Assembly (NCBI GenBank): GCA_002633005.1
Contig: NMRA01000152.1
Location: 233,182 to 297,181, forward strand
Length of the DNA: 64,000 nt
Source of the DNA: Phoronis australis
Lineage: Eukaryota > Animalia > Phoronida
Reading direction: 5' to 3'
The first letter of the stretch is position 1; every line of letters begins with the position of its first letter. Below the pieces are notes generated by a model, which worked only from the letters and a program-made list of their open reading frames with translations, was not told the DNA's origin and searched no databases. Below are positions 38,911 through 51,409 of the stretch, piece after piece. The position numbers and the translations under genes are program-made.

Positions 38911-41900
38911 ATGGGTTGTGCAGGCAGCAAAACGTCAGCGAGAAGTAAGTTGNNNNNNNNNNNNNNNNNNNNNNNNNNNNNNNNNNNNNNNNNNNNNNNN
39001 NNNNNNNNNNNNNNNNNNNNNNNNNNNNNNNNNNNNNNNNNNNNNNNNNNNNNNNNNNNNNNGCGCGGGAGGGCGCATGTAATATTATACAATAATCTTA
39101 TACTCAAATCGCGTGGACGTTTAATAAGTTGACTGTTGATTTTGAACGGTCGTTGGGCCTACAATCCTCGGTGAGGAAAGAAATTAGTAGTTACCCAGTA
39201 GCAACCGAACGAAGCTAGCGCTCAGCCAAAATCCACGTGTTTAATAGCAAAGTACTTTCAGTGTATTTAGCTAGAACACACCAGTCATGATCTAAGCGAG
39301 AATTGCCGATTTGTAATAAAAGCTCAAAAACAAGGAATTACGTCGTTTTAAAGCTGTTGTCAAAGCTAGTAATTTCAAGAAGTCCATTCCATCCATTAAT
39401 GATGCCCAAAATGCGTGTTTCCGGTCACGGAATCAATAATGTCCCTTAAAATGGTAAAGACACTGGCGATGACATCAGCAAATGTCTGGCAGACGACGGC
39501 GATACCGTAATTAACGATTTGCAGTACAATTACAAATGCTAAACACATTTTTTGTCTTGTTTTGTGGCTCTGGTTGAAGCTAATAATTTCAATGTCTTTC
39601 CAATCCAACCACAGTAATCGAAACGCAATTTTCGACAGACGAGTATAACACAAAATGTCCCTTTGTTTAAGACACTGGCTATGTCAAGTTATCAACTAAA
39701 AACATGCACATTTTGTGGCTGGTTGATTGAGACTTTGTCGGTCCACTACCAGCTACTGAGAAAATTAACAGCTCGATCTCAAAACTGTATATCATTCCGC
39801 CTTTGTGAAATTTTCGGTTGGTTTCCGAGTTTGTAAACATTGTTATTACCTCACAGGAAGGTGTGGCTACTCACTATAATGCAAAACTTATACATGCTGT
39901 ACCTTTTCATTGTTTTTGTGTATTCTTTCAGGGCGTGAAGAACAACAGCGATACCTGGATCCAGTTGTCAGAGGCGCGAGTCCAGGTAATTTTTTACGAA
40001 GACACTATTAAAACACGTCACGGAGTTCACAGCTTGAAGAAGATTAACATTCGAATACCCCTCGCTCATTAATAGACTCGGCAAAAAGCTGCATTTTGAC
40101 AAGCCAGCCAGCTAAAGTGGCTGAAGACTCGCATATAATTAATTGCAGGCGGTCTGATACATGTTGTACCAGACGTGCGCAGGCCTCGCATGTGGGCCCA
40201 TTGCACTGATCACCTGGAAATATTTTTATGCTTTATTAATACACATGTATGGTAACAACAGAACTGAGGAGCTAGAAACCTGGCTCAAGGGTTTAGCAGT
40301 GTGACCTGGTGGGACTCGAACCCACGACCTCGAGTAATGAAAGTGGGCACTTATCAACCAGGCCACACTGTCTCCTCTGTCTGAAGCCTTACGTCAAAGT
40401 AGAGAATGTATATTAATTACATGTATACAGCTCTGCGGTAAGGCTATCTGGCTCGTTACCTGTTTCACTTGGTTTCTGAAAACTTCAATGGTGCTCGCAC
40501 AGAAGAGGTGTGTAATATTTCGATAGAAACTCATGTCCTGTCAGTGGCAGGGCTCGTGTTTTTGACGCGGACCAGATCACGGTTCCAAATGTAGCCATTC
40601 TGACAAGAGTACGGAAAGCTAATTGAGTCTTTCTTATCTCATCCGAAAGCGTACAAAAACATTGACATGTTTATAGGTCAGAGGCATGCTACATTCCTGT
40701 ATGTTTAATTGCTAGTGACGTAGTAAAAAAACAATCATTTTTGAACAACTCAGTTTCATCTTAAACTTGCAATCACACAATTTTCAAGTGTAAAAAAGAA
40801 ATCTATTTGCAACGAAAATAAGCGTGTCTCAATAATAACAAATGGAAAGAAAAATATTTTACCTACCAACCTAGGAGAAAGGAGAGTATGGCGTCAAGGG
40901 GAAAAAGGACAGCCTGAACCTGACCTGATGGTGACAAGCAATCGAGTTGACAACCGTATCCTGACAAGCGTCTCGCTTCGTTTAGAGGCTAAAATAATGC
41001 TTAACATTGATAATTAATTCGTATCAGCAACAGTCACTTTTTGTGAATGAGTTGAAAAGAAAATTAGTCACCACTCGTATTGGTTTCGTTCAATTCCAAA
41101 AGTGTGCAAGTCTCGTGTTTACACTTTGTTCATTTCGTAACGTCAACTCTACGGGCAATTATGAGATGACATAATGGGCGGCGCAGCACTGAAATAAGTG
41201 AGGGTGGGGGTGGGGGACTGGCTATAGCCCCATATGGTGTGCCGTCCATGGACGTCGTCGCTGTCACCGCCCGAATTGAGCCGAGACCGAAGACTGTCGT
41301 TATCGTCTATATTTTATGGGGCGACGTTTGTTATCAGCTCAAGGCTGTGCGTTTTTATAATTTCGAGGAGCGAATCGCCGCCAACATATACTGCACAATG
41401 TGCCGACAACACTTAATTGCGTTCGAAAGGACCCCGTCTCAGACAGTTGGAGAGCCGTCGATTTCGGATGAAACCATCACGACGTTCAGTTTTGACCGTT
41501 CACAAGGGGAAAAACGGCCGGTGCGCAATGTTGCAAAACAACGTTCGCGATATTTCAGCTGTTGTTTAGTAATTACTTAACGGAGTTGAAAGCAATAACA
41601 AAGCGATGATTTGTTTTTTTTTTGAATATCGTCATTTTTATCTGTTTCTTATGTTTTAAGTGTACGCTTGACGAGCAAGTTCGGACACCCTCCCTCGTAA
41701 AGTGCGCGGTTTGTACACCCGTGAAGTTTGCGGTATTAATTGTGAACGGTCCTTTTGTGCATCAGGAAAATTTTGCTCACGTTTTCGTTCAAACCTCTTC
41801 AGGGAGGCGTATAGAAGGCAGTTTTCTCATTGTGTGTTGACTAAATGGGCTACTAGTCTTTAAATGTTCATATTTCGTGAGGAGTTCACCGTTTAGACGT

Positions 41901-43146
41901 TTGATCATACAGGGTTGCATCCGACTGAAACTCATTCATACATCCGGGATGTATGAATGAGTTTCAGTGAGAACCTTTAGGTTTTTCTATGTCGTGACCT
42001 TATAGAACTAGCCGTATACCTTGCCAGTGAGACCAGTGTTTAGCGAGACATCACAGTCGGATCCAGCTTTCTCATCCCCTGTCCCCCAATGTACACCTGA
42101 GCCTTTCACAGTACGTTGTCAGTCCTAATGGGACTCATTGTTCATACTTATCGAACTGTCTTTTCAGCGCCGTCAGCCTTTATTCCAGTTCCCTTATCTA
42201 CTGGCCCTCAAGCAACTCCGCAAGCCCCGCAAGCTCCGCAAGCCCCGCCAGCGCCTCAAATCACCCAACCGGTTGCTCCAGTGCCAATACAGCCTTACGT
42301 GGCACCTCCACCGCCTAGTGAGTAAACGATCAAGGTGTAACGTAGTAGCTAAGTTGGCGTTCCGTAAAGCCACGAGAACGTTTTCCCGTCCATGAAATTC
42401 AAAATACTTGGCGAGATAACTACAAATCACTGGTGAGACAAAAAGCTGGAGAAAATCCACAGTGGCAATAACTCGACAGGATTCCAGTTCTGTCCAGCGA
42501 AAATCTCATTCCTTCCGGAAATGAAGGACCAAGATCGCGAAATTCCGATATTTACGACAAATACATTGTACATAGAAGTGCTTTAAGCAATATTCCACGT
42601 TAATACCTCTCATGTTAACTTCCCCAAGAAGTTGATTCGCCAGGATCTGTTTAAAATGATTTTTACGAATTTTCGTATTCTGTGCCTTTTTGAAAAAAAC
42701 AGGCGTAAAACCGACAAGCTTCGGATCTTCCTTACGATTTAGTCCCAAGAGCAATCGCGTGGAGATACCCATGCAGGCCCCGGAGCTATCAAATTTCAAG
42801 GCAATGATACTAGAAAGTCTTCTTTTTACTATCAAACGTCGTTTGTGACGTCGATTCTTGGTTTCGAAAAGTATAGAGCACCGAGGACAAATATCGCTTT
42901 AAAATTTCTTTTCCACCAGAGTAACGCGATGTATCCAAGTGTATATTTGCATTATGGTGTAAACGGTGCTTTGTCTTCCTTTCAGTCTACGGCGGTCATC
43001 CTTACGGCGGCGCAGCGCCACCAGTTGTAGTCCAACAGCCTCGCGACAACACGTCAGACCTCGTTGGAATGATGATGCTTGGCTCGGTAATGNGCGGAGG
43101 CGGGGGAGGGTGTGGTGGAGGATGTGGCGGTGGATGTGGTGGTTAG
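38911..43146 (+). CDS. Small Pro-rich protein with MGC N-terminus and C-terminal (GGGC)n, 4 exons, about 132 aa, function unknown
   Basis: Exons: 38911-38944 (GTAAGT donor), 39932-39985, 42168-42317 (GTGAGT donor), 42986-43146. All three junctions are phase 1 with pyrimidine-rich CAG acceptors. Translation: MGCAGSKTSARRREEQQRYLDPVVRGASPAPSAFIPVPLSTGPQATPQAPQAPQAPPAPQITQPVAPVPIQPYVAPPPPIYGGHPYGGAAPPVVVQQPRDNTSDLVGMMMLGSVMXGGGGGCGGGCGGGCGG*. AATAAA near 43395. The N gap in intron 1 and the n at 43093 may hide sequence. Confidence 0.75.
40138..40377 (-). mobile_element. tRNA-derived SINE (copy 2)
   Basis: Minus strand GTGTGGCCTGGTTG (A box) ... GGGTTCGAGTCCC (B box), then the same body and tail as 17268-17470. 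Confidence 0.75.
41924..41968. repeat. Perfect palindrome with 22-bp arms
   Basis: ACTGAAACTCATTCATACATCC-G-GGATGTATGAATGAGTTTCAGT. Confidence 0.9.
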
Positions 43147-45170
43147 ACGAATTACAGTGCCTTTTAAAAACTGTAAATTTGGTTTCGGTGATCTAGGGCT
43201 TCGAATGTTGTATAAGGTCGATGGCAAACGGTGCACAGGCCTACTCCTGGATTGGGAATGATTCAATTACAACAGTGAAATTGTGGTTGAAGAGAATGTT
43301 TACCTACAAAAGACCAGCAGACGTCGGGTACACTTTAATGTGGACGACAGAAGAAGAGAATGATAGACATTCTGTGCCATTGAAATATAATTTCAATAAA
43401 TTTTCTAAATACACGATGCGATTTGAACGTGACATACAGTAATAACTAAGATACAAATTGAATGTTATTACACAAGATGCTATAATGTCAAGTCAAAATT
43501 AATGTAATGAGATGTTATTTCCTGGTAGTAAACACATTTGACATAGAAAAAAACATCGTCTGTGGCCACAAGTATCAGCGATTGATAATTAATGTCGCGC
43601 AATGCAAAACCTATGGTTACTGCTCAACCTAGCATAGATATTCCCGACATAAAGCTCAGTAAATCACGAAAGCGCTATTTGTGCGTGGTGGATATTTAGA
43701 GAAATATCAGAATCACCAACACGCCAACCCAACATGACTAGTTCAAATGATCACGCTGGTTAAAGCAATGAATAAATGCACAGTAGGACCTTACAGGTAC
43801 GACCATAAAAGCATATTCGATTTTGGTCTGCGCCTTCATAATTTGTGAAGCTGAGCATCGGTGCTTAAAAACTGATATCAGGTGAATTTTGTAAACGAAG
43901 CTGAAATCTGGTGAATTTTTGTTTTTAAAAATAAAAATCAACAAAAATATCGCATTACCGCATCAATTCTCAAAACGGCCACACACCAAAACTAAACACA
44001 TTGTTTTGCTTAATAGTGAATCAAATGAAATGATCGTGACGTCACTGGTTCCTTCATATTACCGGTTAGTCTAATGTTTCGTCAAACAGGACGAAGTTGT
44101 TATTATGTTATGGTCTCATCAAAAGGACAATTATCAATAGGCTACTTGTCACAACATTGGCGAAAATAGAACTACCTACCTGACTTCCTGCAGACAAGCC
44201 AGAGGTGTTTACTCGGAAAATATCAATTCAGGGACCAAAAGTCAAATCCAAATATATGTAAGCACCCGGTAAACTATTTTAGTTCTGTCAAGGGTTCGCA
44301 AAAAATAATAGGACCAGCGACTGCAGTTTAATCATATGTTACACGTTTATCAACGATACAGCCAAATTTCACAAACTGCGATAAAAGACTAACTCAAACC
44401 ACAAGGTTTCCAGAGAATCCAACGACTAACCAACAAATATGGGTAGCAGCCCGTCCCGCCACAGACCACTTGGGCTTCCAAAATACCCTCAGTATTGGAT
44501 GCCGCTTGGGGTCTCGTCGTACAATATCAGGTACCGCTCGAGCATTATATGGCAGCCCACGACCATTTTCGTAACCTCAAATTATGCCTCGCAAAATCAC
44601 GCAATTGAAACGTGTCTCGCAAGGATGCTTGGGAGCTATCAGAGTAAAATAGCGGCCACTGAAGTGATTGGCCGATGATGTTGGAACCTTGAATCATTGG
44701 ATCGAATTAATAACATTTTGGAATACCATTTAGTGTTTCGGTTGCATAAGCAATAATTTTTCCCGCTAATTCACGCTGATGTCTTGGGATCTTCGAAACG
44801 CAACAACGGCGCTCCAGTCGTAGATCATGTTTCTTGTAAAGAAGCAAAATTACGCAAGTGAAAGGCAAGTATTCCACGATTATGCTCTCGAGCATACTAG
44901 CCTATCTTAACAAGAAAGCGTCCATTCAGAAGTGCCTTTTTGGTAGATGAGTTTAAGTGTTATACCGTGAAACTGAATCCACGCTCCATAAGCTTTGCAG
45001 GGACGTAATTAAGTGCAAACGAATGTTTTGTCGCCTACAGAATGCAGACCTGTTGTTCCAGTACGGGTTCACATATGCAGGGGACTTCCGCGACCAAATA
45101 ATTTTAATTAGCTTGTGGGAAAGTTTTGAAACAATAAGTATGGTGGGCGTTGTCTGTCCATTATCTACAA

Positions 45171-45329
45171 CAGTGGCGAATTCAGAGGGGGGGGGGGCAA
45201 GGGAGCCATGGCCCCCTAAAATTATCCAAGATTCCATTTTACAGTTTAGGGTGCAAATGTCTGACGGGAAAAATCTGACTAATACTCTGCCCTGCCGCCC
45301 CCTAACTCAAAATCCTGGATCCACCCTTG
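45171..45329. mobile_element. CAGTGGCGGAT-type MITE (second copy)
   Basis: CAGTGGCGAATTCAG...CTGGATCCACCCTTG. Shares CTAATACTCTGCCCTG...CCCCCTAACTCAAAATCCTGGATCC with 3124-3257. Flanks TACAA and CACAA. Confidence 0.7.
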
Positions 45330-46102
45330 CACAAGGAATCTCCCTCCTGAATGCAGGACGGCATCCCCGGGAAACTGTAGGTGCACGTGAAGGCAAATAT
45401 AAATTCCAGCTGTGAAATCCGACCTCATAGTCCGCGTATTACCTTGCTCGACGAGACACCTTTGGAAAGGCCTACTTAATTAGGGCAGTGCTATGAAACA
45501 GGGATACTTATTCTTTTATAAAGAGTCAGGAATGAAAGTTCCCAATCAAAAATATATTGAGTATCTTAAATTTCCACACGTTTCAATTGTGGTGACTACG
45601 TACACACACTGACAGCCAGGCTCTGTGACTTGGCAACACTGGCCCGACTTACGATTCCTCAAGTAGCACTGGGTAAAAGTGCATTGCACACCCTATTGAA
45701 ATACAAGGGAGATTATTCCGGCGCATATTCAGTTTCATTTTCGTTTTTTTTTCAGGCCAGTCTTAGTCAAAGAATAGGAAGCATGGACTACAGAAGGGAT
45801 GGGAATTAAAAATGGAGCCAGAAATGTGAAGACGGGCAAGAAATGAAAGGAACCGTTGTGATGGGAAGGGTTGTTTTCCTTTCCTCTTTAAAAGACGTTT
45901 GGTTAGCTGTCCTCGTTCCAAGAAACTGACTTAAGTTCATTTTTGACTTAAGTTTAAGACTTTTCTTAAGTTTTTGACTTAAGACAAATCCTAAGATTAT
46001 TTTGCGTTCCAAGAAACAATCTTAGCTAAGACTGACTTAAGTTTTTGTCTTAACTTTAAGTCAACTCTCACCTTGTCTTAACTCGATCTTAAGTTTGTCA
46101 AA

Positions 46103-48328
46103 ATGGCCGTATTCCACATTCGTCAGCGAAGAAATGAAAACCTAGGCAGAGTTTATCGAGAGCGTCTTCAATACGACTCGTATGTTGACCGGTACCGGAT
46201 GAACAAGGATGCAGTTGACTTATTATGCTCTTTTTTAAAAGACGACCTCGAGCCAGAAACTCGCAGAGGATATTCACTTACAACTGAGCAGCAAGTCTCA
46301 GTTGCGTTGCGGTTCTACGCCACTGGAAGCTTTCAAACGGTCGTAGGTGATAGCCAAGGGGTGACTAAGTCGACCGTTTCAAGAACGATCACAAAAGTAA
46401 CAAATGCCATCAACAATTCACCCGACTTGTCGCTCCCCAACTTGATCGACAACATCGATCTGTACCAGCGGCAATTCCATCAAGTCGCTGGCTTTCCCCG
46501 TGTTGTGGGATGCGTAGATGGGTCACTAGTAGCGATTAGAGCACCACAGCATGATGAGCAAACATTTGTTTGCAGAAAAGGCTTCCATGCCATAAACGTT
46601 CAAGTGGTTGCAGACCCCTTTTTAAGGTAAGTATCCCAAGTTAATATCCTTGCTAGAACAACGGAGTCGTCTTAAATAACAGTGCAGGCTACTACTCGAC
46701 ACTATATGAACCGTTCAGTCCACAGCGTAATTATAAACTTAAGCTGTTTGATTGACCTCACGCGCGACCAAGCAGTCTCTGTTATTGTCTTTGGATACAA
46801 TGTATTACTGACTGCTGTCGCACGCGCTGTCACACCATGGTGTATTAAAGAGGTACTATGTGATATTTCTTGGATGAAAAATTTAAAGGTGCGCTATCCC
46901 AAACTCTTTAGTTGAGAAAATGTGGCCACTGTGAATTCGTTCATGTAGTTCCTCGTGATAACATGTAACATGCAAAGCCTGCTTTTCTGAAGCCCAAAAA
47001 CTACCTACTAATTTAAAAAGGGGCATACGCCGCAAATACATAACTTGTATTTTGGCATGGAATGTGGGATGAATTGCACTTTAAATGAAAATGTCTCGAA
47101 TGACATTGCATTTTCAATTTCAATTGTGAAAGTTGGTACTTCGATGCAAGACTTCACATTTTTAAAATTTTTGACAGTAGTCCACTTAACAGACATCTTA
47201 TTTACAACTGACAGTGGCAAATATGTGTGTGATTTTTTTGACATGAATTTTTCAGATTTACAGACATAGTGGCAAAATGGCCAGGCTCCACACATGATTC
47301 GTTCATGTGGGCAAATTGTGGCCTCGAAGAAAAATTCTCGAGAGGCATAATCAGAGATGCCTGGTTACTTGGAGACTCTGGATACCCTCTGAAGCCCTAC
47401 CTAATGACACCTCTAGGTATGGCTAAGGTCAGATTTCAAACCAGACCATTGTTAACAATTTTATATTCCAACAAGCTAGCTGAGCAAGAGCAAGTCATTT
47501 AACAATATAATGTGTAACATTAATTTCTTTCACTCGCAGGAGACCCGCAGACAAGAAATGAAATTCAGTACAATAACAGCCATACAAAGACAAGGCAAGT
47601 TGTTGAGCGGGCACTAGGTGTTGCAAAATCACGATTCAGGTATATTAATTTTTTGAATGCATATCCACATAGAAGATGGCATAGTCAACTTTCATGAAAC
47701 AATTTCAATAGTTCAAACTGACTAACTAAATTTTAGATGAAAAAAGCACATATACAAAGCTCAACTTTCAATATGAAAATTAAAGAATGAACTGTTTTCT
47801 GTTGATGGTTGCACAAGCGCAGTGTCAGTCTTACTGATATTGCGAGACACATCACATTTCATTTAAAAGGACACCTTGAAGTAACAGACAAAATGTTTAG
47901 AATATTACTTAAATTAAATTCTGGCAACATTCAGGTGTTCGGTGTAAACACAGAATAAACACAAGGTGATCATATATATTAACAAACAGTTCTATTATTA
48001 CATCACTAGGTTTTCTTGTTTGTTTAAATAAATCATGAAAACAACATTATTTCATTGCAAATTCTTTTGCAAAAACTGTCCTTGTTTCCTGTAAAACTTC
48101 AGATGCTTGGATCGTAGTGGAGGAGCTTTGCAGTATGCACCAGCGAAGGCATGCCGTATTGTTGTGGCAGCTTTAAAACTGCACAACTTCTGCATAGATC
48201 AAGGTCTTCCAATACCAGACATTGATGGAGTCAATAATGAAGGCCAAGACAACATTGTTGTAAACAACGAGGGGCAAAATACAGCCAATGACATCAGATC
48301 TACCTTGATCAGACATGCATTTCGCTAA
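46103..48328 (+). CDS. PIF/Harbinger (HARBI1-like) DDE transposase, 4 exons, 336 aa, apparently intact
   Basis: Exons 46103-46626, 47256-47416, 47540-47639 and 48103-48328 splice in frame (1011 nt). Motifs: LRFYATGSFQ..VGD...V.KSTVSR (HTH), GFPRVVGCVDGS (D), CRKGFHAINVQVVAD, KWPGSTHDS, LLGDSGYP (D), HTKTRQVVERALG..KSRFRCL (E), LHNFC. Confidence 0.93.
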
Positions 48329-48958
48329 CTGTAAGTAAAGTAAAATTGAACTTGCCCTTAAAGCTAGGTTTCATCATCACAATGGGTTTTATCCACATTC
48401 TCTCAAGCTCTATTGTTAGTTAGTGATGCATTTAGTGTAATTAGATTATAAGCCATGCTAGGAATCATTTTTATGCAAACAGCTCAAGGATATTAACCAA
48501 CTTCAAAAATTCATAAATCAAACTACTCTAACCTTGCTGCTGCTCTATTCACATTTTACAGTTTCTATTGTTTTACATGTCCTGAAATAGAAAATCGAAA
48601 ATGGCAGCCAGGACACGTGGGTACTAAAACATGGAATGACTGGGGGTTCAAAGTTTGTGGCTGCCGGGGAGCACCCACCAGGACCTCTAGATTCCTTACA
48701 TCTTAGTGCCCCGAGCAATCTTTACCCAGCATGGACTGGTTCCACCAAAGTTGCCTGGACAATTCATCTGACAGTAGTTCAGGTTCTGACACTCCCTTAT
48801 ATTCTACCAAGGACAATTCACTGTACAACAATCGAGACTTTTGAGTCTCACCCATGTGAACAATTGTGTTTTTGCACAAAGTTAAGTGTATTGCATCTAT
48901 TCGAGAGACATTCTTGCACTTGTAACCCTTTAATTTGTATTACTGGTACTTTATTCAA

Positions 48959-51409
48959 TCACTGGTGAGAGGGAGAATGGTAATATTTTCTCCTGCAAAT
49001 ATCTCTTATTAACTTGTTCTGTTCTTTTATTTCTTGTATAAGTTCATTTTGTAGCCTGTTGCTTTCTTTTACCTCCTTCAGATGTAGTTCTGCTAACTCC
49101 AGCTTTCTTTTCTTCATGATTAGATATTGTTTTTCAAAATCATCTACAAGTAAAAAATTACACCTACGTTGCATTTAAATTTACTTTAAAATTTCATTTA
49201 CAAGAAATAGAAACACAAGTGAAGTGAAAAGACTATAGAAAGAATGTAACTTTTTGAAATAGGGGATGTCTCTGGTTGCCATAGTTTTTATATATTACAA
49301 GCACTTCAGACTAGCAGTTAAACATCTGAGGTGCGATTGACAATGTCACAAAAAAACAACCACTGCCTGTTAGGCAATGTCCTCCACTTCTTTGTGCTCT
49401 TGATCTCTTCACTGGACCTATGAATCAAACAATATGACTGATTATATTATTTTTTCTCTCGCACCAATAAATATCTCTTTCCTGAACGCAGCCAGGGCTG
49501 ATTAGTTAATTACATCTGAATGGTAAAAGAACATAGAAATGTCACTATTGTCCCTGTAAACGTTAAGAACAAATGTTGTTAAGATTGTTTTACTTACTTG
49601 CAGGAGCTGCAGCAATCAATCCCGGTAACGCAACAGTGTCCATGTTATCTTCACAGACTGAAATAACAAAATGTTAATAACGATTTAAGTAAATATAGTT
49701 AACACACAGTTTGTTGGTCACAATAATTTTACTTTGAGAACTTTTGAAGTTTTTGAAATTTAAACATTAATTTTTATTTCAGCTTCTGTGGAGAACACTT
49801 ATTGTATGCACAAATATGTCCATTTAAAAATAGGAATTTCCACTGTGGAGCAGAAAGCCTTCATGTCTGAAAATTTAAAAAAAAATTTCTTCATCCGGAT
49901 TTAGAGAAACTTTGCATAAAAATAAAATCACCATGATATAAATATTTATTAATGTACAAGTAATGCAGACATTTCTCCAATAGATTTCATCCTAATGGCA
50001 GATATTCAACTTTGAAGCAAGAGTAGTGGAACCCTGGGTGCAGAAAAATGTGAAACATTTTGGATAAAAAACGGAATCAGTGGAATTTGACATTTTAAAA
50101 TGGAAACATTTATACTGGGTGTCGTAGCATGTGCATACCCAGCCTAAAAATAGGGGGCATGTGTAGTGTTGAAATTCGTGTGTAGACATGTTGAGAACAT
50201 CCAGATTACATCACCACCTGTGATTTTGGCTAGATTTTTTAGTTGCAAGTCAGCTAATGAACTTTACCCATTCATAGAGTGATCACTTTCACTAAACAAG
50301 TGAAACAGAATGCGGATAAACCTGTTGGGTTGACTTGATGGCACCGACAGTGGATGAAGAAATGATTTTTGTTAATATTTAAACATACATTTACACAACA
50401 TTAAGAACATACTAGTATTTTCGATTTTGCATTTTGAAAATTGACTCCAGGCCATGATGCTTAGAGGTTGAGCTATTTCATTGTTATTGAAATCACTTAC
50501 TGTTCGTGTGAAAAGTGCCCTCTTGAGGTGCCATTGCTAGTGCCTGGGATTCTCAGTTACTGGGCTCGGCTAAAATGAAAGGGTTTGTAACCTGTAATTC
50601 ACTAACTCAGTTTCAATTTGGCTTCTATATGATGTAAAGAATTACGGAAAAGTGTCAGTTCCCTGAGATCACACAAGGCATCAACAAGTATAGATGGAAA
50701 CCAAAAGCCATGGCTTCTACTGTTATTTGTCAAGGTATATTTATTGAATAGTGTGATGTTGTTTCTGAAGACATACACTTTGCTAAAATCAAATGATGGC
50801 ATCCATCATGTTCTCACATTTCTTCAGTATTTCAGACAACTCAAGTATTGTTTCAGTGTTTTGTACATCTGCACAGTGCATATACTTTAGGTATGTATAC
50901 GGCATATTTGGTAAACATGTTTGTCATGGTTGGTGCAATGACTTATTGTTAACTAATCAATTAAACAATATACCTATGATACAGACAGTTTGTTTGCATT
51001 GCAAGTGTTTCACCATTCACATGTACTAAATTGATATTGCACATTTAGTACTTGCGAGATTCACTAGTGTCAATACCGCCAACAACACCGGCCACAGCTG
51101 TTTCCCCTATTAAATTTATAACCTATATGAAAATGAAACATTAAAGCTTATTGATTGACATACATTGTAATCATTCAGAACTATGTAATGCTCATTCTTA
51201 TGTAAATTTAATAACCATTGTCCAAGGTATGCTCTTCATATACATGTAGAAAAAAAATTGTCGCCTGATTCTTCAAGCCTTATTTGACGGTCACGTTAAA
51301 CATAATTCAAATTCCTACCAAAGGCTTACCAACAAAATCGCTATAATTAAACTAAAGTTACCATTTATGTAAACAGAAAAGGCTTGAAACTTTATTGATA
51401 TACCTGATC
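48959..51409 (-). pseudogene. Harbinger accessory Myb/SANT (NAIF1/MSANTD-like) gene, 3' exons only, disrupted
   Basis: Convergent to the transposase. Exon about 51051-51122 reads VINLIGETAVAGVVGGIDT, a motif typical of these proteins after the SANT domain. Further exons lie at about 50501-50569 (in-frame TGA), 49599-49657 and 49366-49417. The last exon, 48959-49143, encodes a coiled coil (KKRKLELAELHLKEVKESNRLQNELIQEIKEQNKL). The upstream exon is cut 6 nt before its donor by a hAT TIR at 51410. Confidence 0.7.

Noticed and set aside
41234-41580. CpG-rich ORFs of 60 and 113 aa inside micro-gene intron 2
   Set aside because: No motif and no compatible splice sites; not needed for the in-frame gene model.
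46103-48328. Calling this the domesticated host gene HARBI1
   Set aside because: TIR-like ends, subterminal repeats and an adjacent Myb-like gene indicate a transposon copy. Orthology cannot be shown from sequence alone.
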